A stretch of DNA of 64,000 nucleotides from Syntrophales bacterium (GTDB taxonomy: Bacteria > Desulfobacterota > Syntrophia > Syntrophales > UBA6807), in contig JAXGPA010000001.1 in assembly GCA_040767195.1 (NCBI GenBank), positions 384,001 to 448,000 of the forward strand, read 5' to 3'. A program made the translations under genes and the position numbers. The notes under the pieces are model-generated. The model was given only the letters and a program-made list of their open reading frames with translations. It searched no databases and was not told where the DNA came from. Shown piece by piece: positions 50,041 to 60,232 of this stretch (positions are counted from its first letter, which is position 1; each line of letters starts with the position of its first letter).

Positions 50041-50715
50041 ATGAGGGGGGCCGGCGAAAAGGAAACCAGGCGAAACCGGGGGTTCACCCTGGTGGAGGTC
50101 CTTATCGCCATGGCCGCCGGTCTTGTCGTTCTTTCCGGGCTGTACCAGGTTTTCACCTTTCACAACAGGACGCTCAAAGTCCAGGAGCAGACGGCGGAAA
50201 TGGTCCAGAACGCCCGGGCCGCCATGGACCTCATGGTCCGGGAAATCCGCATGGCCGGCGCGAATCCTTATCACACTTACGGAAAATCGGATCTTTCGGG
50301 GATCGAAGCCGCCTCGGCGGATACCTTCCGGTTCACCCGGGACATCTCGAGCCCTGCCTCGCCGGGGGACGGGGATGCCCCCGACGGGGATCACGGCGAT
50401 CCCAACGAAGACATCACCTTCAGCCTGTACGAGTCGGACGGCGACAAGACCCTGGGAAGAATCTCCCAGGGAAGCCGGCAGCCCCTCCTCTCCCCCGTGG
50501 AATCCCTCCTGTTCCGCTACTTTGACTTTTTTGGAAGAGAAATCACCGATCCGGGAAACCGGCTGACGGACATTCACGCCCTGTCCGTCACCCTCGTTGT
50601 CCGCACGGCCCGGCGGGACCCCCGTTACAGGGAAAACGGGGGATACCGGACGTTTGAGGTAACCTCATGGATAACCCTGAGAAACCGGCCGTTTTCAAGG
50701 CGAAACACGCCGTGA
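50041..50715 (+). CDS. PilW-like minor pilin
   Basis: RG|FTLVEVLIAM, QNARAAMD.M.REIRMAG, C-terminal LRN. Confidence 0.88.
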   Translation: MRGAGEKETRRNRGFTLVEVLIAMAAGLVVLSGLYQVFTFHNRTLKVQEQTAEMVQNARAAMDLMVREIRMAGANPYHTYGKSDLSGIEAASADTFRFTRDISSPASPGDGDAPDGDHGDPNEDITFSLYESDGDKTLGRISQGSRQPLLSPVESLLFRYFDFFGREITDPGNRLTDIHALSVTLVVRTARRDPRYRENGGYRTFEVTSWITLRNRPFSRRNTP

Positions 50716-51935
50716 CGGGCAAAGCGGGAAACGGGATCACCGGAAACGAGCGGGGCGTCGTCCTGGTCACGGCGGTTCTCGTCCTGGCCGTTCTCATGAT
50801 TCTTGGCACCACCGCCTTTCTTCAGACGAACACGGATGTTCGGATCGAGATGAATTTCCTGGCCGAACAAAAGGCCTTTTACGCCGCCGAGGCCGGGATC
50901 GAGGAAGCCCGGGCCAGGCTCTGCCTCGCGGCCTCGAACGCCATCGTCGATGAAGACCCGACGAACCCGGACTGGATGGCCTGCGTAGGCACAAAAAGCG
51001 AGACCACCGGGGGGAAACGCGCCGTTCCGAATTGCCTGTCCTGGACTCCCAGTGTCCAGACGGCCCTGGATTACACCGTGACAATCGAGCACGGAAATGA
51101 CGGCTCGGGCCGGGTTCTTTACTGGGGGGACTCGGACGGAAACGGCACGAATGAAAAAAACGCCGCCGGCAGAGGAGAAACCATCTATCTCGTGACCAGC
51201 TTCGGCCGCTGCGGAACGGCCCTGAAGATCATCAGGGCCGAAATGGCCCGGGTTCCGCCGATCACCGCCGTGTCGGCTCTTTACGTGAAAGCGCCGACCA
51301 CCGTCCAGGGGCCGGGCGTCCACATTCTCGGCGCTGACGGGTGCGGAAAGAGCGATCTGCCGGGAATCTCGACAGCGGGTCCCCCGGGTTCCGTCACGGA
51401 AAGCGGCTCCCCGACCATCACGGGGTCCACACGGGTCCAGTATGACGGCCCCAACCGGGATATCCGGGCGATGATCGACGCCCTGAAAGGCCACGCCGAT
51501 TTCCTTTATGAAACCCCGTCGGCCACCCAAGGGGGAAGCGACCGTCCGGGGCCCGGTGACGGCTGGGGGTCTCCCGTCGCTGGGGCGTCCTTTCGGGGTC
51601 CCTCCGTCTGCAGCGACAGCAACATCGTCCACTACGACACCGGGGGAACCTTCATCAGGTTCAGCGACGGGGTCACAGGCTGCGGGATTCTCCTGGTGGA
51701 CGGCGATCTTGAAATCACCGGCGACTTTTCCTGGCACGGTGCCGTCCTGGTGTCGGGATCGGTCCGCTTCACCGGGCCGGGGAACAGAAACGTCACGGGG
51801 ACCCTGATGGCCGGCGGTTCCGCCGGTTCCAGCCTCATAGGCGGCGACACCACCATCGTTCGGTGCGGGTCCGCCGTCGACGGCCAGACCCTGAAACGCC
51901 CCCTGGTCATTCTCAGCTGGCGGGAGACAGCCTGA
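50712..51935 (+). CDS. PilX-like minor pilin with large Gly-rich C-terminal domain
   Basis: ERG|VVLV (no Glu5), AFYAAEAGIEEA, G.GILLVDGDL.I.G.F.W.G, terminal SWRE. Confidence 0.85.
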   Translation: MTGKAGNGITGNERGVVLVTAVLVLAVLMILGTTAFLQTNTDVRIEMNFLAEQKAFYAAEAGIEEARARLCLAASNAIVDEDPTNPDWMACVGTKSETTGGKRAVPNCLSWTPSVQTALDYTVTIEHGNDGSGRVLYWGDSDGNGTNEKNAAGRGETIYLVTSFGRCGTALKIIRAEMARVPPITAVSALYVKAPTTVQGPGVHILGADGCGKSDLPGISTAGPPGSVTESGSPTITGSTRVQYDGPNRDIRAMIDALKGHADFLYETPSATQGGSDRPGPGDGWGSPVAGASFRGPSVCSDSNIVHYDTGGTFIRFSDGVTGCGILLVDGDLEITGDFSWHGAVLVSGSVRFTGPGNRNVTGTLMAGGSAGSSLIGGDTTIVRCGSAVDGQTLKRPLVILSWRETA

Positions 51936-51975
51936 AACGATCCGCCGCCCCTTTTGTGGTGACGCTCGAAATCCC

Positions 51976-52004
51976 TTGACTTCCCGGATCGATAACGATA
52001 GAAA
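51976..52004 (+). promoter_or_regulatory. sigma70-type promoter for the small ORF-argS operon
   Basis: TTGACT-17 nt-TAGAAA. Confidence 0.55.
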
Positions 52005-52034
52005 GGGGTCATTTCAGAAAGGAACACAAAGGTC

Positions 52035-52214
52035 ATGGGAACGGAAAAAAGATATTGCTCCATATGCGCCTGGCGGGCCACCTGCCAGAAGCGTTTTTCC
52101 GTGAAAACCGATTCCCTGGGCATGGTCCATTGCCCTGACTTTTCCCGGGATCTTTCCATTAAGGGAAAAGACATGGAGGATCTGATCCGGAAAGAGCGGG
52201 AAGAAAGGGCCTGA
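52035..52214 (+). CDS. Small four-Cys protein (59 aa), possible metal-binding
   Basis: Not in ORF track. MGTEKRYCSICAWRATCQKRFSVKTDSLGMVHCPDFSRDLSIKGKDMEDLIRKEREERA; promoter and purine-rich RBS upstream. Confidence 0.75.
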   Translation: MGTEKRYCSICAWRATCQKRFSVKTDSLGMVHCPDFSRDLSIKGKDMEDLIRKEREERA

Positions 52215-52289
52215 TCCTCTTTTCTCCCGCCAAGGCGTACCCTCGAAGGTTGGCCCAGGCCAACTTTTTCGTTTTTTTAGGATGCACGG

Positions 52290-53954
52290 ATGAAAAAACG
52301 TCTCTACCCCCTCATCGAGCAGTCTCTCGTCGCCTGCATGGAAAAAGGACTCCTGCCGGAAGCCCCTCTCCCGCCCTTTGATATCGAGCCCCCCAGGGAG
52401 AAAGCCCACGGCGACTACGCCACCAACGCGGCCATGGTCCTCGCCTCGGCGGTCCGCCGAAAACCCCGGGACATCGCCCGGGCCCTGGTGGACCACCTGG
52501 ATGACGCCGGGGGATGGATCGAAAAAGTGGAAATCGCCGGACCGGGGTTCATCAATTTCTTCATGAAAGGGGAAACCTGGGCGGCCCTGCTTCGGGACGT
52601 GGACGAACTCAGGGACCGTTACGGCTTCTCGGACCTGGGCCGGGGCCGGCGGGTTCAGGTGGAATTCGTCAGCGCAAACCCCACCGGTCCCCTTCACATC
52701 GGTCACGGCCGGGGCGCGGTGGTCGGCGATGTCATCGCCAACCTGCTCACCGCAACAGGCCACGCCGTTTCCAGGGAATATTACATCAACGACGCGGGAA
52801 ACCAGATGAACACCCTGGGCCGGTCCGTTCTTCTACGGTATCGGGAACTTCTCGGGGAGCGGATCGATTACCCCGGGGAATGCTACCAGGGATCGTACAT
52901 CGCGGACCTGGCCCGGGAGATCGCGGACCGGCACGGTTCAATCTTCCTGGACAGGGATGAATCGGAAAGCATCGTCTTCTTCCGGGAGTACGCCGGAGAA
53001 TCGATTCTCCAGGGCATCAAGGAGGACCTGCGCGTTTTCGGGGTCGTCTTCGACCATTATTTCAACGAAAGCGAGCTTTACCGGGAGGACGGCGTCCGGA
53101 AGCTCCTGGAGGAACTGGAGCGAAAGGGGTTCATTTACCGGGACGGGGTGACGCTGTGGTTCAAGACAACCGACTTCGGTGACGAGAAGGACCGGGTCGT
53201 GATCCGGGAAAACGGCGAACCCACCTATTTCGCCGCCGACATCGCCTATCACCTGAACAAGTACGGCCGTCACTTCGACAAGGTCATCGACATCTGGGGA
53301 GCGGACCATCACGGGTACATCCCCCGCATGTACGCCGGCATCCAGGCCCTCGGCTACCCCAGGGAAGCCCTGGAAGTGGTCCTCGTCCAGCTGGTCAACC
53401 TCCTCAGGGAAGGGACGCCCGTGGCCATGTCCACCCGGTCCGGCGAATTCGTGACGCTTCGGGAAGTGGTGGACGAAGTGGGCAGGGACGGGGCCCGTTA
53501 CAACTTTCTCATGCGCCGGTCGAACAGCCATCTCGATTTCGACCTGGAAATCGCCAAGAAGCAGTCCAACGAAAACCCCGTTTATTACGTCCAGTACGGC
53601 CACGCCAGGATCTGCAGCATCCTGAGGACGGCCCTGGAGAAAGGATATGCCGTCCCCCGGTTCGAGGAAGTCGACCTCCGCCGTCTCGACCTCCCGGAAG
53701 AAGCGGAGCTCATCCGGACCATCGACCGGTTTCCCGAACTCATCGAGGGAAGCGCCCGGGCCCTGGAACCCCACCGGATCCCTTTTTACCTGAATGACCT
53801 GGCGGCCCTGTTCCACAGTTACTACAACAAGAACCGCGTCCTGTCCGACGATCGGGAGCTTTCCCTGGCCCGGCTTTTTCTCGTGCACTGCATCGGGATC
53901 ACCCTTCGCAACGCCCTAGGCATTCTCGGCGTGGCGGCGCCGGAAAGGATGTAG
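52290..53954 (+). CDS. argS: Arginine--tRNA ligase
   Basis: [57 protein letters not shown]. Confidence 0.98.
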   Translation: MKKRLYPLIEQSLVACMEKGLLPEAPLPPFDIEPPREKAHGDYATNAAMVLASAVRRKPRDIARALVDHLDDAGGWIEKVEIAGPGFINFFMKGETWAALLRDVDELRDRYGFSDLGRGRRVQVEFVSANPTGPLHIGHGRGAVVGDVIANLLTATGHAVSREYYINDAGNQMNTLGRSVLLRYRELLGERIDYPGECYQGSYIADLAREIADRHGSIFLDRDESESIVFFREYAGESILQGIKEDLRVFGVVFDHYFNESELYREDGVRKLLEELERKGFIYRDGVTLWFKTTDFGDEKDRVVIRENGEPTYFAADIAYHLNKYGRHFDKVIDIWGADHHGYIPRMYAGIQALGYPREALEVVLVQLVNLLREGTPVAMSTRSGEFVTLREVVDEVGRDGARYNFLMRRSNSHLDFDLEIAKKQSNENPVYYVQYGHARICSILRTALEKGYAVPRFEEVDLRRLDLPEEAELIRTIDRFPELIEGSARALEPHRIPFYLNDLAALFHSYYNKNRVLSDDRELSLARLFLVHCIGITLRNALGILGVAAPERM

Positions 53955-53975
53955 ACGGGAGAAAAGGGACGCGCC

Positions 53976-54629
53976 ATGGCTCGGGGCCGTGAAAACCGCT
54001 TTCGATTCACCCTTGGAAGAGCGGGGTTTGCTTTTTTCGTGTCTGCCATCGCCGCCCTGCTCCTGGTTTCCTTTCTCTTCGGCGTCATGGTGGGCCGGAA
54101 CATGGACACGTATCCCCGAAAGATCGCCCAGGAAATCCCCGCGGCGATCTCAAAGAAAATCGCCGGCGTGATCCAGGGTGAAGGCGAACCCCCGCCGGCG
54201 CAGGAACCGGAGAAGAAAAAAGAGGACCCGTCTTTTCAATACCGTTTTTTCGAAACCCTGACGGAACCCAAAGCCCCCCCGCCGGCGGCACCGAAAGCCC
54301 CGGCGGAATCGAAAACTCCAGTGGCGGCGAAAGCACCGGCGGCGCCTCCCGAGGCTGCCGAAGAGGAAAGCCCGGCATCCCCCGCGGGCCGGTACGGGGT
54401 TCAGGTCGCTTCGTTCCGGGATCGGGACCGGGCCGGAAAAGTCCTGAAGGAGCTCAAGTCTATGGGACTTTCCCCTGTCATCGACCCGGTAGACCTGAAA
54501 AGCCGCGGAACGTGGTACCGGATCCGCCTTCACGGTTTTCCGAGCTACGAGGAAGCGAAAGCGGCGGCCGCGGCGGCGGAAAGAAGGCTGACGGGAACCC
54601 GGTGCATTATCCGGAAGGAACAGCCTTAA
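53976..54629 (+). CDS. SPOR-domain cell division protein (FtsN/DedD-like)
   Basis: One TM, Pro/Ala-rich linker, Y.VQVASF and WYRIR SPOR motifs; follows argS. Confidence 0.88.
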   Translation: MARGRENRFRFTLGRAGFAFFVSAIAALLLVSFLFGVMVGRNMDTYPRKIAQEIPAAISKKIAGVIQGEGEPPPAQEPEKKKEDPSFQYRFFETLTEPKAPPPAAPKAPAESKTPVAAKAPAAPPEAAEEESPASPAGRYGVQVASFRDRDRAGKVLKELKSMGLSPVIDPVDLKSRGTWYRIRLHGFPSYEEAKAAAAAAERRLTGTRCIIRKEQP

Positions 54630-54646
54630 AAAGCGAGGCTAAATGT

Positions 54647-54814
54647 TTGACGACTTCGTAAAAAGATCCATATGCTGCGTTGCCCTTCATCCCTCGTCAT
54701 TGCGACGTACCAATACGTACGTCTCATTCCTCGGGATTCGGGCGCCTTGCCTCTGGATCTTTTTACAAAGCCGTCTGTAACGGAACATTTTTCGAGTTTT
54801 TAAGAGTTTATCAA
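54647..54814. mobile_element. Non-autonomous palindromic MITE-like element at the ffh start
   Basis: 22-bp inverted repeats 54649-54670 / 54754-54775 (2 mismatches); inner hairpin GACGTAC-N6-GTACGTC; flanking direct repeat AATGTTTGA (54642-54650, 54813-54821). Confidence 0.75.
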
Positions 54815-56148
54815 TGTTTGAACACCTGACGGACAAACTGGACGGCATCTTCAGAAAGCTCAAGGGGCGGGGAACCCTCGACGAGGAGGCGGTAAACCTG
54901 GGGCTGAAGGACGTCCGTATGGCCCTTCTGGAAGCGGACGTGAATTTCAAGGTCGTCCGGTCGTTCATCGACGATGTCCGCCAGAGGGCCGTGGGCCGGG
55001 ACATCCTCGACAGCATCACGCCGGGGCAGCAGATCGTTAAAATCGTTTACGACCGCCTGGTGGAACTCATGGGCGGGGGCGCGAGCCACCTGAAGCTTTC
55101 CGGTATCGTACCGGCGCCGATCATGCTGGTGGGGCTCCAGGGGTGCGGGAAGACGACCACGGCGGTGAAACTGGCCCGCCATCTCCAGCAGCAGGGTCGA
55201 AAGACCGCTCTCGTCTCCGCGGACGTCTACCGTCCGGCGGCGGTGGACCAGCTCCGGATCCTGGGTGAAAAAATCGACGCCGGAATTCTACCTTCCCCGG
55301 AGGGGGAAAGTCCCGTGAAAATCTGTCTCGAGGCCCTTCGGGAGGCCCGGGGCGGCGGGTTCGACACCCTCGTCATCGACACGGCAGGACGGCTTCAGAT
55401 CGACGAAGCCCTCATGAAGGAGCTCGTGGAGATCAAAAAGGCCGTGGCGCCGTCGGAAATCCTTTTCGTGGCCGACGCCATGACGGGACAGGAGGCGGTC
55501 AACGTCGCCCGGGCCTTCGACGAGGCCCTTGGCATTGACGGTGTCATTCTCACCAAGATGGACGGGGATGCCCGGGGCGGGGCAGCCCTCTCCCTGAAGG
55601 CCGTGACGGGAAAACCGGTCAAGTTCCTCGGCGTGGGCGAGAAGATCGACGCCCTCGAGGTGTTTCACCCCGATCGGATGGCCTCGCGGATCCTCGGGCA
55701 GGGCGATGTTCTCACCCTCGTGGAAAAGGCCCAGACAGCCTTCGATGAAAAACAGGCGAAAGAACTGGAACGAAAGATCCGGAAGGATGCGTTCACCCTG
55801 GAAGATTTCAGGGATCAGCTTCTCCAGATCCGGAAAATGGGATCCCTCGAAGACATTCTCGGGATGATCCCGGGATTCGGTAAAAAGATGAAGGCCCTGA
55901 AGGGAGCCGCCCCCGACGAGAAGGAGCTGACCAAAACCCTGGCCATCATCGATTCCATGACCCGGAAGGAGCGAAACGATCACCTCATCATCAATGGGCA
56001 GAGGCGCAAGAGGATCGCCCGGGGAAGCGGCACGACGGTTCAGGATGTGAACCGCCTCCTGAAGAACTACGGGGAGATGAGAAAGATGATGAAAAAGCTC
56101 ACCAGGGGGGGGATGAAATCTCTGCGGAGAGGCAATTTTCCCTTTTAA
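54814..56148 (+). CDS. ffh: Signal recognition particle protein Ffh
   Basis: ALLEADV, GLQGCGKTTT, DVYRPAA, DTAGR, TKMDGDARGG, Met-rich M domain with SMT..ER and RIARGSG. Confidence 0.98.
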   Translation: MFEHLTDKLDGIFRKLKGRGTLDEEAVNLGLKDVRMALLEADVNFKVVRSFIDDVRQRAVGRDILDSITPGQQIVKIVYDRLVELMGGGASHLKLSGIVPAPIMLVGLQGCGKTTTAVKLARHLQQQGRKTALVSADVYRPAAVDQLRILGEKIDAGILPSPEGESPVKICLEALREARGGGFDTLVIDTAGRLQIDEALMKELVEIKKAVAPSEILFVADAMTGQEAVNVARAFDEALGIDGVILTKMDGDARGGAALSLKAVTGKPVKFLGVGEKIDALEVFHPDRMASRILGQGDVLTLVEKAQTAFDEKQAKELERKIRKDAFTLEDFRDQLLQIRKMGSLEDILGMIPGFGKKMKALKGAAPDEKELTKTLAIIDSMTRKERNDHLIINGQRRKRIARGSGTTVQDVNRLLKNYGEMRKMMKKLTRGGMKSLRRGNFPF

Positions 56149-56219
56149 ATGCCAGTATATTGTGTTAAAAGGATAATTTATCTTTCATTGAAATTCTTCT
56201 GGAGGTGACATCGGACGGA

Positions 56220-56462
56220 ATGGCGGCAACAATCAGACTTACACGAATGGGCGCGAAAAAGAAACCTTTTTACCGGATCGTCGTGGCGGACGGGCGTGCG
56301 CCCCGGGACGGGCGGTTTTCCGAGGTCGTCGGCACCTATGACCCGAAACAGGATCCGGCGGAAATTCTTTTCAACGAGGACCGGGTCCGGGAATGGCTTT
56401 CCAGGGGGGCGAAACCCTCGGTAACGGTGGCGAGCCTGATGAGAAAAAAGGGCCTCCTTTAA
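56220..56462 (+). CDS. rpsP: 30S ribosomal protein S16
   Basis: [33 protein letters not shown]. Confidence 0.97.
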   Translation: MAATIRLTRMGAKKKPFYRIVVADGRAPRDGRFSEVVGTYDPKQDPAEILFNEDRVREWLSRGAKPSVTVASLMRKKGLL

Positions 56463-56566
56463 AAAAACAAAGCGGCCTGAAGCGGCGTGACTGACCGGTT
56501 TTTTCATTGTTCAATCGCTGTGAATAAGGTATGTTATGTCAACGATACTCTGCGGAGGTGGCTACG

Positions 56567-56797
56567 ATGAAAGAGTTGATCAAGTACATCGCACAGGCGC
56601 TGGTGGACCATCCCGACAACGTGGATGTCTCTGAGGTGGTGGGTGAGCAGACTTCCGTCATCGAATTGAGAGTCGCCAAGGAAGACCTGGGCAAAGTCAT
56701 CGGAAAACAGGGAAAAACCGCCAAGGCCATGCGGACAATCCTGAGCGCTGCCTCCTCCAAACTCCACAAGAGGGCGGTATTGGAGATCATCGAGTAA
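56567..56797 (+). CDS. khpA: KH-domain RNA-binding protein KhpA
   Basis: [32 protein letters not shown]. Confidence 0.93.
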   Translation: MKELIKYIAQALVDHPDNVDVSEVVGEQTSVIELRVAKEDLGKVIGKQGKTAKAMRTILSAASSKLHKRAVLEIIE

Positions 56798-57301
56798 TTG
56801 GACGAAACCGTCGAGATCGGAAAAATCAAAAGAGCCGCCGGTTTAAAGGGCCGTTTCCTGATCGCTTCCTATCTCGAATCACCGGAAATCCTTCACGGTG
56901 TTGAAAGAATCCGCATCGAGAGACCGGACGGCCGGTCATCGTGGCACGCTGTCGGATATGTGAACTGGTCTAAAAAAAGCATTGCCCTGGAGGTGGAAGG
57001 AATCGGAAACCGGGAAGAGGCGGAAGCTCTCGTCGGTTCGCGGGTGGGCGTCCCGTCGGATCTTCTGGGAGACCCCCCCGAAGGCGAGTACTACTGGAAG
57101 GACCTGTTGGGAATGGCCGTCTTTTCGGAAAGCGGGGAGCGCCTCGGCACGATTGGAAGGGTGTTTCGCACAGGAAGCAATGACGTCTTCGTCTGCACCG
57201 GGGGTCCCCGGGAAATTCTCCTTCCCGCCATCGAAGACGTGATCCGCCAGGTGGACATCCCCGGAAAGGCCATGGTCGTCCGTCTCCTCGAAGGACTTTG
57301 A
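56798..57301 (+). CDS. rimM: Ribosome maturation factor RimM
   Basis: IGKI....GLKG, EYYW.DLLG, TGSNDV, LLPA, C-terminal EGL; TTG start. Confidence 0.93.
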   Translation: MDETVEIGKIKRAAGLKGRFLIASYLESPEILHGVERIRIERPDGRSSWHAVGYVNWSKKSIALEVEGIGNREEAEALVGSRVGVPSDLLGDPPEGEYYWKDLLGMAVFSESGERLGTIGRVFRTGSNDVFVCTGGPREILLPAIEDVIRQVDIPGKAMVVRLLEGL

Positions 57302-57304
57302 GGA

Positions 57305-58060
57305 ATGATACGGTTCGATGTCCTAACGATCTTCCCGGAGATGTTCCATTCCCCCCTCCGCTCAAGCCTCATCGGGAAGGCCCGGGAAAAGGGTCTCATC
57401 GCCGTGGAGATTCACGACATCCGTGAGTACGCCACGGACAGGCACCGGATGACCGATGACTATCCCTACGGCGGCGGCGGCGGCATGGTGATGAAGGTGG
57501 AACCCATCGCCCGGGCGCTGGATGACGTTCTTTCGAATCAGGAGACGGGTGTCGTCGTCCTCCTTACACCCCAGGGGGAAAGGCTGAGCCAGGAGACGGC
57601 CGAGGAGATGGCCCGTCACGGGCGGATCATCCTCATCTGCGGGCACTATGAAGGGGTCGACGAAAGGATCCGGGAACACCTGGTCGACCGGGAGATATCC
57701 ATCGGCGACTATGTCCTCACCGGCGGTGAGCTTCCGGCGCTGGTCCTCATAGACGTCCTTTCCCGTCTCGTTCCGGATGTGCTGGGAAACCGCGAATCGG
57801 CCCGCCAGGACTCCTTTTCCGCGGGACTTCTCGAACATCCCCAGTACACCCGGCCCCGCTCTTTCCGGGGCTGGGAAGTGCCCGATGTGCTTCTCTCGGG
57901 AAACCACCGGGAAATCGAGAACTGGAGAAGAAGGGAATCCCTCCGTCGGACCGCCTTGAGAAAACCGGAGCTTCTGGAGAGGGCGAACCTGACCGACGAC
58001 GAGCGGCAGGCTCTTTCCCGGTGGCTGGAAGAGAAAAACGGGAAAGGGGACATGTCCTGA
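57305..58060 (+). CDS. trmD: tRNA (guanine-N1)-methyltransferase
   Basis: [50 protein letters not shown]. Confidence 0.98.
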   Translation: MIRFDVLTIFPEMFHSPLRSSLIGKAREKGLIAVEIHDIREYATDRHRMTDDYPYGGGGGMVMKVEPIARALDDVLSNQETGVVVLLTPQGERLSQETAEEMARHGRIILICGHYEGVDERIREHLVDREISIGDYVLTGGELPALVLIDVLSRLVPDVLGNRESARQDSFSAGLLEHPQYTRPRSFRGWEVPDVLLSGNHREIENWRRRESLRRTALRKPELLERANLTDDERQALSRWLEEKNGKGDMS

Positions 58061-58174
58061 ACGTTCCGGGAGGAACGCCGGATAAAAACGGCATGGGCAT
58101 GGATTTTTTTTATTAACATTAAGCCAGGCGGGACGCCCGGATCCCCGGAAAAGACGCACGCGCCGCGGGGGCGA

Positions 58175-58780
58175 ATGACGAAGGAAGAAGACCGGGAAAG
58201 CCTCCGTGACATCGGAGAAGGCGCCCCTCTTTACATGGCTCTCTTGCATGACCCCGTTTACAACAGGCGGGGCGAGACGGTCACCGCGGCGGTGACCAAT
58301 CTCGACATCCATGACCTGGCCAGAGCCGCCATGACCTTCGGGATCAGGCGGTTTTATGTTGTAACCCCCGTGGAGGAGCAGCGGACCCTCGTTCACCGGA
58401 TCGTGGGCCACTGGATGAACGGATACGGCAGCCGGTACAACCCCGGACGGAGGAAGGCCTTCGAGACCATTACCGTCACGTCCTCCCTGGAAGAAGCGGG
58501 GAAAGACGTGGAGCGGGAAACGGGAAGCCGGCCCGTCACCGTGGCCACGGGAGCCGCCCTGGAACCGCCCCTCATGACCTTCTCCGAACTGGGAAGGCTC
58601 GTCAGGACCGGGGACCGGCCCTGTCTCATCCTTTTCGGAACGGCATGGGGCCTGGCCAAGGAGGCTGTCAGCGGGGCCGACCGGCGCCTGGAGCCGATCA
58701 GCGGTGTCGGGGAATACAACCACCTGTCCGTCCGATCGGCGGCGGCCATCGTACTTGACCGGATCAGGAAAAACCTGTAA
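58175..58780 (+). CDS. SPOUT-class RNA methyltransferase of the type often fused to TrmD
   Basis: L.H.PV.N..GE....AVTNLDIHD.AR, FGTAWGL, YNHLSVRSAAAI.LDR. Confidence 0.88.
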   Translation: MTKEEDRESLRDIGEGAPLYMALLHDPVYNRRGETVTAAVTNLDIHDLARAAMTFGIRRFYVVTPVEEQRTLVHRIVGHWMNGYGSRYNPGRRKAFETITVTSSLEEAGKDVERETGSRPVTVATGAALEPPLMTFSELGRLVRTGDRPCLILFGTAWGLAKEAVSGADRRLEPISGVGEYNHLSVRSAAAIVLDRIRKNL

Positions 58781-58870
58781 GAAGCCGTTTTCCCGCCGAT
58801 TCGCCGGGCCGCTTGGGGACAGGGAACCTGCAAAACAGGAGAGACTGACATTTTCAGGAGGAATACAGCC

Positions 58871-59218
58871 ATGAATGTCTTGGACATGATCGAAAGAGAA
58901 CAGATGAGAGGGGACATCCCTTCTTTCAAGTCGGGTGACACCGTCCGGGTTTACGTCCGTATCGTGGAGGGACAGAAAGAACGGCTCCAGCTTTTTGAAG
59001 GGATCGTGATCCGGAAGCGCGCCGGCGGCAGCAGGGCCAATTTCACCGTCCGGAAGGTCTCCCACGGCGTAGGCGCCGAAAGGACCTTCCCCCTCCATTC
59101 CCCCATGATCGACCGCATCGAGGTGGTGACCCGCGGTAAGGTCCGAAGATCCCGGCTGTACTACCTCCGGGCCCTGAGGGGAAAGAAGGCCAAGGTCAAG
59201 GAACTCGGCCGGCGGTAG
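58871..59218 (+). CDS. rplS: 50S ribosomal protein L19
   Basis: F.SGDTVRV...EG.KER.Q.FEG, FTVRK.S.G.G.ER.FP, GKVRR.RLYYLR. Confidence 0.98.
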   Translation: MNVLDMIEREQMRGDIPSFKSGDTVRVYVRIVEGQKERLQLFEGIVIRKRAGGSRANFTVRKVSHGVGAERTFPLHSPMIDRIEVVTRGKVRRSRLYYLRALRGKKAKVKELGRR

Positions 59219-59259
59219 CATAACTTAACATATTTCGGCTGTTACGAGTTCATCATAGC

Positions 59260-59859
59260 ATGGATGTCTTTGAATCGGAGGCCCGGAAACTCGGATTCCT
59301 CTGGATCGCGGGAATCGACGAAGCGGGCCGGGGTCCCCTGGCGGGGCCCGTGGTCGCCGCGGCGGTGATCCTCCCCGAGGGTTACCGCAACGGGGACATC
59401 GCCGACTCGAAAACCCTCTCCCCGGCAAAGCGCGAGGCCCTTTACGACATTCTCCGGAAAGACGCCGTCGCCATCGGGATCGGCATGGCGGACCCCGGGG
59501 AAATCGACCGCCTGAACATTCTCAGGGCCACGAAGAAAGCCATGAAGGAAGCCGTGGCGGGGCTTTTTCACCCCTGCGACTACCTGCTCATCGACGGCCG
59601 CGACACCCTGGACCTCCCCCTGGCCCAGAAGGCCCTCGTGAAAGGGGACCGCCGTTGTCTCTCCATCGCCGCGGCCTCGATCATCGCCAAGGTCTCCCGG
59701 GACCGTGTCATGGACGACATGGACGCCCGGTATCCTCTCTATGGATTTGGGAAACACAAGGGATACGGTACCCGTGAGCACCGCCGGGCACTCTGCCTCC
59801 ACGGACCATGTCCGATCCACCGTCAATCTTTCCGGTTCAGGCGGGATGACCTCTCGTGA
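59260..59859 (+). CDS. rnhB: Ribonuclease HII
   Basis: GIDEAGRGPLAGPV, DSK, IDG, KGD, SIAAASIIAKV.RD, HKGYGT. Confidence 0.97.
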   Translation: MDVFESEARKLGFLWIAGIDEAGRGPLAGPVVAAAVILPEGYRNGDIADSKTLSPAKREALYDILRKDAVAIGIGMADPGEIDRLNILRATKKAMKEAVAGLFHPCDYLLIDGRDTLDLPLAQKALVKGDRRCLSIAAASIIAKVSRDRVMDDMDARYPLYGFGKHKGYGTREHRRALCLHGPCPIHRQSFRFRRDDLS

Positions 59860-60232
59860 AAAAAAGCCTTCTCGGCACCGGGAAACGGGCCTCGGAGGGG
59901 AAGCCTTGGCCGTGTCCCACCTGCAGAAGAAAGGATATGAGATCCTGGCCCGGAACTACCGGTGTCTCTTCGGTGAAGTGGACGTCATCGCCCGTGACGG
60001 GAACTGCGTCGTCTTCGTGGAAGTCAAGAGGCGCCTCTCCCTCCGTTTCGGGGAACCGGAAGAGGCCATCCATGTCCGGAAGCGAAAGAAGCTTTCCCGG
60101 ACGGCCCTTTGTTACCTCCAGGACCGGGGATGGATGGACCGGAGCGCCCGGTTTGACGTCATCGTCATCCGGCCCGGCGGCGACGGGGAGGAGATACACC
60201 TCATTCGGAACGCCTTCGAGGTATGCCTGTGA
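59846..60232 (+). CDS. yraN: YraN/UPF0102 family nuclease-like protein
   Basis: G..GE..A...L..KGY.IL.RNYR...GE.D.IA, FVEVK, RFDV, NAF. Confidence 0.92.
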   Translation: MTSREKKPSRHRETGLGGEALAVSHLQKKGYEILARNYRCLFGEVDVIARDGNCVVFVEVKRRLSLRFGEPEEAIHVRKRKKLSRTALCYLQDRGWMDRSARFDVIVIRPGGDGEEIHLIRNAFEVCL

